A DNA stretch of 64,000 bases from an uncultured Burkholderiales bacterium (GTDB lineage Bacteria > Actinomycetota > Acidimicrobiia > IMCC26256 > JAMXLJ01). How positions within the stretch are numbered: position 1 is the first letter of the stretch; each line of letters begins with the position of its first letter. Positions 17,671 to 26,831 of the stretch are shown here, piece by piece. The stretch lies in NCBI GenBank assembly GCA_964548555.1, contig CAZJSY010000001.1:18905-82904 (forward strand), given 5' to 3'. The position numbers and the translations under genes were made by a program. The notes under the pieces are model-generated. The model was not told the origin of the DNA. It worked only from the letters and a program-made list of their open reading frames with translations, and ran no database searches.

Positions 17671-18696
17671 ATGAAGGTGTACGCGGGTATGAATCCGCGC
17701 CTTCCTCTGGGTGACATCGGTCGGTATGTCCAGCGCGTGGAACGTTTGGGTTACGACGGCGTCCATGTTCCGGAGACCGTTCACGACGTGTTCTCCGCGG
17801 CCACGCTCGCGGTCGAGCACAGCCAGCGGATCATCGTGCGAACGAGCGTTGCGCTTGCGTTCGTTCGGAGCCCGACGTTGAGTGCGTACGCAGCATGGGA
17901 CCTTGCACACCTCTCGCGCGGCAGGTTCCAGCTCGGCCTCGGCACGCAGATCCGGCAGAACATCGAGGGCCGCTACGGCATGTCATGGGACGAGCCCGCG
18001 GAGCGCCTCCGCGACTACGTGCACGCGCTCGACGCGCTCTTTCGCTCCTTCCGCACGGGTCGACCGCCGCATCACGACGGCCCCCATTACCGCGTCACCC
18101 GGATGCAGCCGTACTTCAACCCCGGGCCCGACGACAGCACGGAAGCCCCGCCGATCTATCTCGGCGGCGTGAACCGGCGGATGTGCGAGCTGGCAGGCGA
18201 GGTCGCGGCCGGGTTCGTGACTCATCCGACGAACTCCAGCCCCCGCTACCTCGAGACCGTTTGCCTTCCGGCGCTGCAGGCGGGCGCTCGGCGCGCCAAT
18301 CGCCGGCTCGACCGCTTCGAGCTCGTCAACGGCGCACCGGTGATCACCGCGCCGACGGATCGCGAGCTCGATGCGGAACGCGAGCATCAGCGTTCGATGC
18401 TCGCGTTCCTCTACTCGACGCCCGCATATCGAAGAACGCTTGAGCTCCACGGTTGGGTCGAGCTCGGTGAACGACTGCAGGCGATGGCCCGCCAAGACCG
18501 ATGGGACGCGCTCGCGCAGCTCGTGACCGACGAGGTGCTGGACACGCTCACGACCATTGCACGCTTCGACGAGCTGGCTGCCGCGTTGTCGCGTCGGTTC
18601 GGTTCGTCGGTGGACGCCGTCGTGATATCGCCACCGGCTGATGACGTGCACGACGCCGCGTTCGGGGACGTGATCGCGCAGCTCCGAGCTGCCTGA
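17671..18696 (+). CDS. Luciferase-like (LLM class) F420-dependent oxidoreductase
   Basis: 341 aa. GYDGVHVPET, GRFQLGLGTQ and PPIYLGGVN motifs. Confidence 0.85.
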   Translation: MKVYAGMNPRLPLGDIGRYVQRVERLGYDGVHVPETVHDVFSAATLAVEHSQRIIVRTSVALAFVRSPTLSAYAAWDLAHLSRGRFQLGLGTQIRQNIEGRYGMSWDEPAERLRDYVHALDALFRSFRTGRPPHHDGPHYRVTRMQPYFNPGPDDSTEAPPIYLGGVNRRMCELAGEVAAGFVTHPTNSSPRYLETVCLPALQAGARRANRRLDRFELVNGAPVITAPTDRELDAEREHQRSMLAFLYSTPAYRRTLELHGWVELGERLQAMARQDRWDALAQLVTDEVLDTLTTIARFDELAAALSRRFGSSVDAVVISPPADDVHDAAFGDVIAQLRAA

Positions 18697-18737
18697 CGCT
18701 GCACGGCGGCGAGATAAACGGCGGGTATGGTGCGAAC

Positions 18738-19379
18738 GTGCCGGTCGATGCAACAGCGACGCGGGAGAGGCTGATCGACGAAGCGGCTCGCGCGTTCGCC
18801 GCGGAAGGCGTGTTCTCCGCCTCGCTGATCGACATCACGCGTAAGGCGGGGCAGCGCAATCGCGGTGCACTGCACTACCACTTCGGATCGCGGTCCGGCG
18901 TGTTGTGTGCCGTCCTCGAACGTCATGCCGAGTTCCTCGCCCGCCGGGAAGGTGAGCTGTTGCAGATCGCGCTCGGCCGTCCCGACGACGATGTGAGTTC
19001 CGTCGTGGAGGCCATCGTGCGGCCGGCAACCGAGCTCGCCGAGAGCGGATGGCGCGGCCGTTGCTTCCTGCAGATCCTGGCTGAGCTCGTCGAGGAGGAT
19101 CCGGAGAGCCTCGGGCGCGAGGTGAACGCCGTGCTGACGCGCACGGGTGGGTACGCCGTCTATGCCGTGCTCGAACAGCGGATGGCCAAGGTGCGTCCCG
19201 AGGTCCGCGTGGAGCGAATTTCGCTCGCCACCGGCTTCATCCTCCGCGCCGTTGCCGATCGGGCTCGTGCATTGGGCCGCCGGAGCCGACGCGGCCGGCC
19301 GCAGCTTGACCAAGAGGCCTTCATCGACAATCTGGTCACGATGATCGCCGCCGCCATGTCGGCACCCGAGAGCGGGTAG
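18738..19379 (+). CDS. TetR/AcrR family transcriptional regulator
   Basis: GTG start. HTH SLIDITRKAGQRNRGALHYHFGSRSGVL. Confidence 0.85.
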   Translation: MPVDATATRERLIDEAARAFAAEGVFSASLIDITRKAGQRNRGALHYHFGSRSGVLCAVLERHAEFLARREGELLQIALGRPDDDVSSVVEAIVRPATELAESGWRGRCFLQILAELVEEDPESLGREVNAVLTRTGGYAVYAVLEQRMAKVRPEVRVERISLATGFILRAVADRARALGRRSRRGRPQLDQEAFIDNLVTMIAAAMSAPESG

Positions 19380-19413
19380 ACATAATCAGCCCTCTTTAGT
19401 ACGTTCGGCGGTC

Positions 19414-20568
19414 GTGGGGCTGCATCCCGATGAGCTTCTTGCGAAGGCCCAGGCCACAGCGGGCCTCGACGACTTCGGCGAGCCGAGCTTCCTCGAGGGT
19501 CTCGAGGTCTACTGCGCTTCGGTCGTGGCGGAGGCGAAGCTCAACGACGTCGGAGCCGTGGCCGTCCGCGGCAACATCGTCTCCAGCCTCGTCAATCGTT
19601 TGCGGGTCGTCGACTACTCGTCGCGATACCCCGATGTTCTGGCCGAGCGTGTCGACGCCCCGCTTGTCGTGATCGGGATGTTCCGCGCCGGGACCACCTT
19701 CCTCGGCAACTTGCTGGAGAAGGACCCGAACAACCGGGCTCTCCTGCGCTGGGAGGCGGCCGACAGCGTCCCGCCGCCCGACCCGGACACCTTCCGCCAT
19801 GGTCCCCGGGTCGACGCCGCACGCGAGGCGGGCGAGATGCTCGAGCAGCTGAACCCTCGCATGCGCGCGATCCATCACGAAGAGGCCGATGGTCCGACCG
19901 AGTGCATCGCGGTCATGAGCCAGGACTTCAAGAGCCTTTCGTGGGAGGCCATCTCGAACGTGCCGTCCTATGGTGAATGGTTGCTCGGTTGCGACCAGCG
20001 CTCGGCGTACGAGTACCACCATCGGGTGCTGCGCGTGTTGCAGCACGGTGGTGTGCGGGGCCGGTGGACCCTGAAGAGTCCGCACCACGCGATCGCCCTC
20101 GACGCGCTCACCGCGGTATATCCCGACGCCCGGCTCGTGCTGTTGCACCGTGATCCGGTCGAACTGTGTGCGTCCGTCTGCAGCCTGATCACGGAGTTGT
20201 CGGGTTGCTTCACCGACGTCGACCACCGCGCGTACATCTCGGACCATTGGGTGGCGATGCTCGAGGAGTCGATCCGGCGTGTGAATGCGTTCCGGGATAC
20301 GCATCCCGATCATCCGATGATCGACCTCCAATACGACGCGCTGGTGCGCGAACCGCTCGAGACCGTGGCGTCGATCTACGCCGCGTTCGGTGACACGCTC
20401 GACGAACCGGTACGGAGTGCGATGAAGTCGTACGTGACCGCCCATCCCCGGGGTTCGCTCGGCGCCCACCTCTACGACCCGAGTGATTACGGGCTCGACA
20501 CCGAGCAGCTCAGAGCGCGCTTTCGTGGCTATGTGGAGCGTTACGAGGTCGCGACACGCTACGGGTAG
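19414..20568 (+). CDS. Sulfotransferase family protein
   Basis: PAPS-binding-like VVIGMFRAGTTFLGNLL (5'-PSB loop) and a later RDP motif. 384 aa. Confidence 0.75.
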   Translation: MGLHPDELLAKAQATAGLDDFGEPSFLEGLEVYCASVVAEAKLNDVGAVAVRGNIVSSLVNRLRVVDYSSRYPDVLAERVDAPLVVIGMFRAGTTFLGNLLEKDPNNRALLRWEAADSVPPPDPDTFRHGPRVDAAREAGEMLEQLNPRMRAIHHEEADGPTECIAVMSQDFKSLSWEAISNVPSYGEWLLGCDQRSAYEYHHRVLRVLQHGGVRGRWTLKSPHHAIALDALTAVYPDARLVLLHRDPVELCASVCSLITELSGCFTDVDHRAYISDHWVAMLEESIRRVNAFRDTHPDHPMIDLQYDALVREPLETVASIYAAFGDTLDEPVRSAMKSYVTAHPRGSLGAHLYDPSDYGLDTEQLRARFRGYVERYEVATRYG

Positions 20569-20618
20569 CGTAAGCATCCCTCTCTACATGGGGGAACAAC
20601 GTGCAGCGAGGTGAGGTC

Positions 20619-21665
20619 ATGCGCGCTTGGCGAGTGCACGAGTACGGCCGCCCCACCGATGTACTGCGGCTGGAGACTGTTCCGGTACCAAGGCCCGAAC
20701 CAGGTGAGCTCTTGGTCGACGTGCAGGCCATTCCGTTCAATCTGAACGACCTCGAGCGCATCAACGGTGGTCCCATGATGGTGCGGCCGGAGTTTCCGTA
20801 CAGCCCGGGCATGGAAGTGATGGGTGTGGTCGAGGCGTGCGGCGATGGTGTCGAGGACCGGCTCGGGCGTCGTGTCATCGCGATGACGAAGGGCGCGGTC
20901 GGGGGCTTCGCCGAATACGCGATCTGCCCGTCGGTGTCGGCCTTCGACATTCCCGAGGAGATACCGCTGCCAGAAGCCGCCGCGTTGTATTTCCCGTTCC
21001 ATCTCGCGTGGCTCGGGCTCTTCGATCGCGCCGATCTCCAGGCGGGTGAAAGCGTGCTGATCCACGCAGCGGCCGGCGGGTCGGGTTCCGCCGCGGTGCA
21101 GCTGGCGGCAAACGCGGGTGCGCGGGTGTTCGCCACCGCCGGAACAGACGTGAAGGCGGCGCTGTGCCGCGAGCTCGGGGCCGACGTCGCGATCAACTAC
21201 AACGACACCGACTTCTCGGAGGTCGTGCTGGCGGAGACCGACAACCAGGGCGTCGACGTCGTGTTCGACAACGTCGGCGAGGCGGTCATGGAGGCGTCGC
21301 TGAAGTGCACCAAGTACAACGGCCGCTACGTGATGATGGGCTTCGCCTCGAACAAGACCGTGGCAGACGAGCCGTACCTCGTGCCTCGGCGCCTGATGCT
21401 GTCGAACTTCAAGCTCTGCGGCGTGATGATGTCGTACGCCGCGCCGGCAGGTATCGAATTCCTCAAGACCGGGATGGGCTGGAACTTCGTCCCCGCCGCA
21501 CTGGGGCAGCGCATCACGAGTGAGATCGTGGATCTCGTCCTCGCGAAGAAGGTGCGGCCGCTCGTCGGGCAGACGATCCGCTTCGAGGACATCCCGGCTG
21601 CGATCGAGGCGATGGCGAACCGGGACACCGTCGGACGGACCGTGGCACTGCTCGACGCCCGCTGA
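20619..21665 (+). CDS. Zinc-type/MDR NADPH:quinone oxidoreductase family protein
   Basis: MRAWRVHEYG start with an upstream GAGGTG. AAGGSGSAAVQLA nucleotide-binding motif. Confidence 0.85.
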   Translation: MRAWRVHEYGRPTDVLRLETVPVPRPEPGELLVDVQAIPFNLNDLERINGGPMMVRPEFPYSPGMEVMGVVEACGDGVEDRLGRRVIAMTKGAVGGFAEYAICPSVSAFDIPEEIPLPEAAALYFPFHLAWLGLFDRADLQAGESVLIHAAAGGSGSAAVQLAANAGARVFATAGTDVKAALCRELGADVAINYNDTDFSEVVLAETDNQGVDVVFDNVGEAVMEASLKCTKYNGRYVMMGFASNKTVADEPYLVPRRLMLSNFKLCGVMMSYAAPAGIEFLKTGMGWNFVPAALGQRITSEIVDLVLAKKVRPLVGQTIRFEDIPAAIEAMANRDTVGRTVALLDAR

Positions 21666-21710
21666 GCATGCGCCCAGGCAGGGTCAGATGCCGACATCTC
21701 GAGGAGCGTG

Positions 21711-22190
21711 ATGGCTCACATGTCCACGGGTTCCGGCAACGCGCGTGTTCGCCCCGCCGAGCTGCGGGATGCGGACGCGATCGGGCGGTTGCTTCACGAC
21801 TTCAACCGTGAATTCGACGAGCCGGCGCCGTCGCCGGAGGCATTGGCGGATCGCATGCGCGAGCTGCTGCAGGGCGGCGACACCGTCGTGCTCGTCGCAG
21901 GGGACGACCCGGTCGCGGTCGCCGTCCTGCGCTTGCGTCTCGCAGTCTGGAGCGCGGGCCTGGAGTGCCATCTCGCCGAGCTCTACGTGGTTCCACGACT
22001 TCGGGGGCGCGGAATAGGCCGGGCACTGATGGAGGTCGCTCTTCGGGACGCACGGCAGCGTGGCGCCGACACGATGGATATCGGTGTGGACGAACCGGAT
22101 CACGTTGCACGCCGCCTGTACGAGAGCTTGGGCTTCACGAACCGGACCCACGGCGGCGCCCTCATGTACTTCTACGAACGCGATCTCTGA
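21711..22190 (+). CDS. GNAT family N-acetyltransferase
   Basis: RLRGRGIGRALM acetyl-CoA-binding motif (Q/RxxGxG/A). Start could be GTG 21708 or ATG 21711. Confidence 0.8.
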   Translation: MAHMSTGSGNARVRPAELRDADAIGRLLHDFNREFDEPAPSPEALADRMRELLQGGDTVVLVAGDDPVAVAVLRLRLAVWSAGLECHLAELYVVPRLRGRGIGRALMEVALRDARQRGADTMDIGVDEPDHVARRLYESLGFTNRTHGGALMYFYERDL

Positions 22191-22214
22191 ACTGCGCGGG
22201 CTCCGGCGCGATGG

Positions 22215-23438
22215 TCAGCGGACCGCAGGAGGAGCGCTGACGCGTTGTTCCAGTGCGATACGGGCGAGCTCGACTCGCGACGTCACGCTGAGCTTGCGGA
22301 AGATCGATCGAAGGTGTGAACCGACGGTGTGTCGCGACAGGAACAGCCGCTCGCCGGTCTCCTGGTTGGTGAGCCCTCGTGAGACGAGGTCGACGATGCT
22401 CACCTCGGTGCTCGTGAGGCTCTCCCAGCCGACCCGTGCCCGTCCGCGCCCCCCACGCTGGCCTGGTTCCTGTGCGGGCGCGGGCCGCAGTCGAAGAATT
22501 GCGCCGATGGCTGAATTGCCGTCTCGGATCGGTTCGCCCTGGACGGTCATGGTCGTTCCACACAGCAGGGCAAGGGTCGAGACGCCGGCGTCGTCACCGG
22601 TCAGCGCGCGGATCGCGTGGTCCCGGAGCGCGGGCTCGTCGGCACGCGTGATCAGGCGGTCGGCGGCGGCGTTCTTCAGCATCGTCCGCTTCGTGATGAC
22701 GACGAAGGGCCCTTTCGCGCGCCGGCGCTCTTGGAGGAAGCGCTGGAGAACCAGCCGCTCCTCGATGCCGGCATCGTCGACCAGACGTTGCTCGATCTGG
22801 CGTGCGGCCCGCATGGCGAACGGCAACATCAGGCTGCCCTGGTGTCCGGCGAGGCAGATGAGCGCCAATACTCCGACGATCCGGCCCGAGGCCGGGTCGG
22901 TGATCGGTGCTGCGGCGCACGCCACACCGACCAGCGCGTCGGCGAAGTGCTCCTCCCCGTCCACCCAGACGGGTGCCCGTTCGACGAGCGAGGTGCCGAT
23001 GCCGTTGGTCCCGACCACGTGCTCCGCGTAGAGGTATCCCGGCGCGATCCGAATCCGTTCGAGGCGTGCTCCGAGCAGCGTGTCCGACGTCCGGCAGTCG
23101 ACGATCTGGCCCCGCTCGTCGGCCAGGAACACCGACACCCCCGTCCCGACGAGGTCGCTCGCCAGGTCGTCCAGTAGCGGGCGGGAGGTCCGCACGAGTG
23201 GCCCATGGGCGTCGGAATGCGGGCCGAACGGCGCCTCGACGAGGTCGTGTCGCAGGGAGGCGGCCGCGGACCTCCTCCACGACGCGCCGACCGCGCTCCG
23301 CACCCGTCCATCGAGGTCGTCGCCGGCGAAGAATGCCGTCAGCGTTCTCCGGCTCCCGAAGCCCGAACGTCCGCGGCCCGGGGAGCCGTGGTGCCTCGTC
23401 GCTGACTGCGTCGGACGAGCGCTCAGGGTCGCGGTCAT
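22215..23438 (-). CDS. GAF-like sensor domain / LuxR-type HTH transcriptional regulator
   Basis: ATG 23438 preceded by GGAGGG. C-terminal LuxR HTH (LTSTEVSIVDLVSRGLTNQETGERLFLSRHTVGSHLRSIFRKL). Central GAF-like region. Confidence 0.75.
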   Translation of the reverse strand: MTATLSARPTQSATRHHGSPGRGRSGFGSRRTLTAFFAGDDLDGRVRSAVGASWRRSAAASLRHDLVEAPFGPHSDAHGPLVRTSRPLLDDLASDLVGTGVSVFLADERGQIVDCRTSDTLLGARLERIRIAPGYLYAEHVVGTNGIGTSLVERAPVWVDGEEHFADALVGVACAAAPITDPASGRIVGVLALICLAGHQGSLMLPFAMRAARQIEQRLVDDAGIEERLVLQRFLQERRRAKGPFVVITKRTMLKNAAADRLITRADEPALRDHAIRALTGDDAGVSTLALLCGTTMTVQGEPIRDGNSAIGAILRLRPAPAQEPGQRGGRGRARVGWESLTSTEVSIVDLVSRGLTNQETGERLFLSRHTVGSHLRSIFRKLSVTSRVELARIALEQRVSAPPAVR

Positions 23439-23506
23439 CGAATGCCCTCCGGATATGTGTGGCCGGTCTGGGGTAAACGCTCGCGCCTGGTGTCGAATAC
23501 GTCTGC

Positions 23507-23582
23507 GCAGCCAGCACCAGACTTCGGGGCACGCCAACGTGTGTTGTGAGATTCCTGCTGGCTGCAATGCGGTCTGGTGCTG
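23507..23582. promoter_or_regulatory. Nested long-range inverted repeats in the GAF-LuxR / receiver divergent promoter
   Basis: GCAGCCAGC (23507-15) pairs with GCTGGCTGC (23557-65). CAGCACCAGAC (23512-22) pairs with GTCTGGTGCTG (23572-82). The left arms overlap, so the two pairings are mutually exclusive. Confidence 0.45.
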
Positions 23583-23605
23583 CGAGCCGTCATGCTGGGA
23601 GGACC

Positions 23606-23989
23606 ATGACGCTGCGTGTGCTGATCGTCGACGACAACGAGGGCTTCCTGTCGGCCGCGCGCGACCTGTTGGAGGGCGAGGGTGCAACCGTCGTGGCCAC
23701 CGTCTCGTCGGGCGCGGAGGCGCTCCGTCAGACCGACGCACTGCGACCCGACGTCGTGCTCGTCGATATCGACCTCGACCACGAGAGCGGGTTCGACGTC
23801 GCGCAGCGGATCGCCGGCTTGTCCGGCACGCCGTCGCCGGTGATCCTGATCTCGGCGTACCCCGAGCAGGACTTCGTCGATCTGATCAGCGGGAGCCCTG
23901 CGCTCGGGTTCCTGTCGAAGTCGAGCCTCACGACGGCGGCGGTCACCGCGCTCCTCCGCGGTGCCGGTGCGGAGCCCAGCGGCGACTAA
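23606..23989 (+). CDS. Stand-alone response-regulator receiver domain protein
   Basis: ATG preceded by GGGAGGA. RVLIVDDN...VVLVDIDL receiver motifs. No output domain. Confidence 0.8.
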   Translation: MTLRVLIVDDNEGFLSAARDLLEGEGATVVATVSSGAEALRQTDALRPDVVLVDIDLDHESGFDVAQRIAGLSGTPSPVILISAYPEQDFVDLISGSPALGFLSKSSLTTAAVTALLRGAGAEPSGD

Positions 23990-24645
23990 CGCCCTTCGAG
24001 GAACGTGATCACCGCGAGCACGCGCCGGTGTCCTTCCTGGGTCTCTGCAATCTGGAGCTTCGGCAGGATGCTGTGCACGTGCTTCTCGACGGTTCCCTCG
24101 GTCACAGAGAGCCGCCGGGCGATTCCGGCATTCGACAGGCCCTCGGCCATGAGCCTGAGTACTTCGTGCTCTCGCGGCGTCAGCGCGTCGAGGGGATCCT
24201 CGCGACGGCGCGCCGCGACGAGCTCGTGGACCAGCCCCGGGTCGACGACCGACCCGCCCCTGGCAACACGGTCGACGGTTTCGACGAACTCCTCGACGTT
24301 GGTCACGCGGGTCTTCAAGAGGTAACCGATGCGCTCACCGCCGGCGAGCAGCTCGGTTGCCTCGTCCACTTCGACATGGGCCGAGAGGACCAGAATCGCG
24401 GTTTCCGGCTGCTCGGCGCGGATGGTGCGCGCGGCCTCGAGACCCTCGGTCTGGTATCCGGGCGGCATTCGGATGTCGACCACCACGAGATCCGGTCGCA
24501 GCTCTCGGACGAGCGCCAGCAGCTCGACCGGATCACCCGCCTGACCGACGACGTCGAATCCGCCTTGTTGCAGCAGGCTGGAAACCCCTTCGCGGAGCAA
24601 GACGTCGTCGTCGGCGACCACAATCCGTGCACGAGGTTCCGTCAC
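23986..24645 (-). CDS. NarL/FixJ-family response regulator (REC + LuxR HTH)
   Basis: GTG start at 24645 gives 219 aa. IVVADDD..VVVDIRMPP receiver and LTPREHEVLRLMAEGLSNAGIARRLSVTEGTVEKHV HTH. Its stop overlaps the convergent gene's stop. Confidence 0.9.
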   Translation of the reverse strand: MTEPRARIVVADDDVLLREGVSSLLQQGGFDVVGQAGDPVELLALVRELRPDLVVVDIRMPPGYQTEGLEAARTIRAEQPETAILVLSAHVEVDEATELLAGGERIGYLLKTRVTNVEEFVETVDRVARGGSVVDPGLVHELVAARRREDPLDALTPREHEVLRLMAEGLSNAGIARRLSVTEGTVEKHVHSILPKLQIAETQEGHRRVLAVITFLEGR

Positions 24646-24918
24646 CCCGCAATTATCGTGGTCGCGCCGTTCCCGCGGAGGTTGCAGACGTGGAGCGATG
24701 GTGGTCGGCTGAGATGCGGCGCGGCCTAGCCCGGCGATGCTCGTCGCGACGCATCGGACGTGAGACGCACGATAGGGCCGCACCGGCGTCGACGAAAATG
24801 TGCGCCCGTGTGCACGCTTCCGTCGGGAAATGCTGGGGACGCGCCGGCGAAGGTTGACGCGGCAACCGATGGCAACGCGTGGAAAATCAGCGGCAGGTGA
24901 ACACGAAAAAAACATTCG

Positions 24919-24947
24919 TTGCGACGCATCGCGTCAGGGCGTACGAT
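24919..24947 (+). promoter_or_regulatory. Sigma-70/SigA-like promoter candidate TTGCGA-17 nt-TACGAT
   Basis: -35 at 24919-24924 and -10 at 24942-24947. The spacer contains the inverted repeat GACGC-ATC-GCGTC. It would drive a leader of about 225 nt before the sORF at 25179. Confidence 0.4.
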
Positions 24948-25178
24948 CCGCCGGGTGGTGTGGGGAGCTTGGCGGCACTGCACCATTCATCCGGTCGGGA
25001 GGGCAGGACTCGTAGCGGCGCGCTTGGGCATCGAGCGAAGGCCGGATTGGATGACGTGCTCAACCGACTCGTGCAACGCGTAATTGAGAGCGAGTTCACG
25101 CTTGTCGATGAACAGCGCAGTCCGGTGAGCAATAGTCGCTAACACAACACCACAAGTGTTCAAGTTTGGGGAGGAACG

Positions 25179-25370
25179 GTGGCGCAGGGCTTCCTCTACC
25201 TCTTCGCGTTCCTGATCGGTCCGGCACTCTTCGGCATCGTCGTTGCGGTCGTCGTCCGAATCATCGAACGACGGGTCTCGATGAACGACAGTCTGTGGAC
25301 GTTGTCCCTCACGTACCACATCGGTCTTCCAGGCGAGGAAGAAGCGCCTCGTCCACAGTCCTTGCTCTGA
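25179..25370 (+). CDS. Small single-pass membrane protein (63 aa), hypothetical
   Basis: GTG start 5 nt after GGGGAGGAA. Hydrophobic FLYLFAFLIGPALFGIVVAVVV helix. Third-position G/C is strongly enriched by eye. Confidence 0.45.
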   Translation: MAQGFLYLFAFLIGPALFGIVVAVVVRIIERRVSMNDSLWTLSLTYHIGLPGEEEAPRPQSLL

Positions 25371-25416
25371 GGTGACGCGGCGTCGAGCCTGAGGGCGGAG
25401 ACGTAGGCTCCGCCCA

Positions 25417-26766
25417 ATGGCAGACGTCCGCGCCTCTCTGGGCATCCCGTACGCCTCCGCAGGCCGTTTCGAGCGTCCCGTCCCGGCAGCTTGGGCTGAC
25501 TTCGAGACGTGTACGGCTTTCGGCCCCGCGGCGCCACAGCGCGCCGGCATGGGTCTCGTCCCGGAATCGTCCGTCGGCCCCACCGACGAGCACGGTTGCC
25601 TCTCGCTGAACGTCTGGTCGGCCCTCGACGGCAACGCCCGGCCGGTGCTCGTGTGGTTTCACGGCGGCTCGTTCGTCACGGGTTCCTCGGCACAACGTTG
25701 CTTCGACGGCACGCGCCTGGCCGCGGAGCAGGACGTGGTGGTGGTGTCGGTCAACTACCGCCTCGGTGCGCTGGGATTTCTTGATCTTCGGTCGCTCGGT
25801 GGCGATGTCGCGAACCTGGGACTCCACGACGCGATCGTCGCCTTGCGGTGGGTGAAGGCGAACATCGACCGGTTCGGCGGCGATCCGGCACGCGTGACCG
25901 TCTTTGGGGAGTCGGCCGGTGGCGGCGTGTGTATCCACCTGCTCGCGTCGGCTGCGGCGCGCGGTCTGTTCTCGGGTGCGATCGTCCAGAGCGGGATCAC
26001 CGACCACACGCTCGATGCCGGGCGTGCCTCGCTCGTAGCCCGCGCCCTGCGAGATGCCGCGGGCGTGTCCGGTCTCGATGGGTTGTGCAAGCTGCCGGTC
26101 GACGCGCTGCTCGACGCACAAGACGCGGTGGTGCCCGAGCTGCTGAGGCCGATCGGAATGATGCCGTTCCATCCGTGTGTGGATGGCGAGTTGCTGCATG
26201 CGGCTCCTGCCGCGGCACTCGCCTCAGGCGTGGGGGCGGACGTTCCCTTGCTCGCCGGCTCGACCGCGGCCGAGATGCAGCTGTTCCTCGACCGTGATGC
26301 GCCCGTGACCGAACGTGCACGGCTCGTACGTCGCGTGGAGCGTTACGTCGGCGTCGGGACCGAACGAGCGGAGGCCATCGTCGCGACGTACGAACAGGCG
26401 GCCCATGATGTCTGGCCGGCACTGCTCAGCGACATGGAAATGCAGGTACCGCTGCGCCGGGTGCTCGAGGCCCAGGCCGCGCACGCGCCGGTGTACACAT
26501 ATCTCTTCACATGGGAGGCGCCCGGGGTCGGAGCCGCACACGCGGTGGACATCCCGTTCACCTTCGGCAACTTCGTCGACGGGTGGGCCGAGTTCGTCGG
26601 GTGCGACGCCGATGCCGAACGGCTCTCACGAGAGATGCGCGACGCATGGGCAGCGTTTGCCGGCAGCGCCGATCCTGGATGGCCGCGCTTCCCGGCGACA
26701 CGCATCTTCGGACGCGAGTCACGGGTCGACGCAACCCATCCACTCTTCGGCCGGTTGCCCGTCTGA
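25417..26766 (+). CDS. Type B carboxylesterase/lipase
   Basis: VWFHGGSFVTGS oxyanion region and FGESAGG nucleophile elbow (GESAG). Confidence 0.9.
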   Translation: MADVRASLGIPYASAGRFERPVPAAWADFETCTAFGPAAPQRAGMGLVPESSVGPTDEHGCLSLNVWSALDGNARPVLVWFHGGSFVTGSSAQRCFDGTRLAAEQDVVVVSVNYRLGALGFLDLRSLGGDVANLGLHDAIVALRWVKANIDRFGGDPARVTVFGESAGGGVCIHLLASAAARGLFSGAIVQSGITDHTLDAGRASLVARALRDAAGVSGLDGLCKLPVDALLDAQDAVVPELLRPIGMMPFHPCVDGELLHAAPAAALASGVGADVPLLAGSTAAEMQLFLDRDAPVTERARLVRRVERYVGVGTERAEAIVATYEQAAHDVWPALLSDMEMQVPLRRVLEAQAAHAPVYTYLFTWEAPGVGAAHAVDIPFTFGNFVDGWAEFVGCDADAERLSREMRDAWAAFAGSADPGWPRFPATRIFGRESRVDATHPLFGRLPV

Positions 26767-26783
26767 CTTCGCTTCCGCGGTTG

Positions 26784-26819
26784 GGACGCAAATCGCGCGT
26801 CTAGGTCCACTTTGCGTCC
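26784..26819. terminator. Bidirectional terminator-like hairpin
   Basis: GGACGCAAA (26784-92) pairs with TTTGCGTCC (26811-19), a 9-bp perfect stem, between the convergent esterase and NmrA-like genes. Confidence 0.5.
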
Positions 26820-26831
26820 GCACTCACGGTG

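Noticed and set aside
24985-25025. Loose resemblance of CCGGTCGGGAGGGCAGGACTCGTAGCGGCGCGC to the guanidine-III (ykkC-III) riboswitch core (CCGGUC...AGGAC...GGCGC).
   Set aside because: I matched only short words. The upstream partner strand for the pseudoknot is not evident. The downstream ORF is a 1-TM peptide, not an SMR/EmrE-type exporter. An Infernal scan is needed before any claim.
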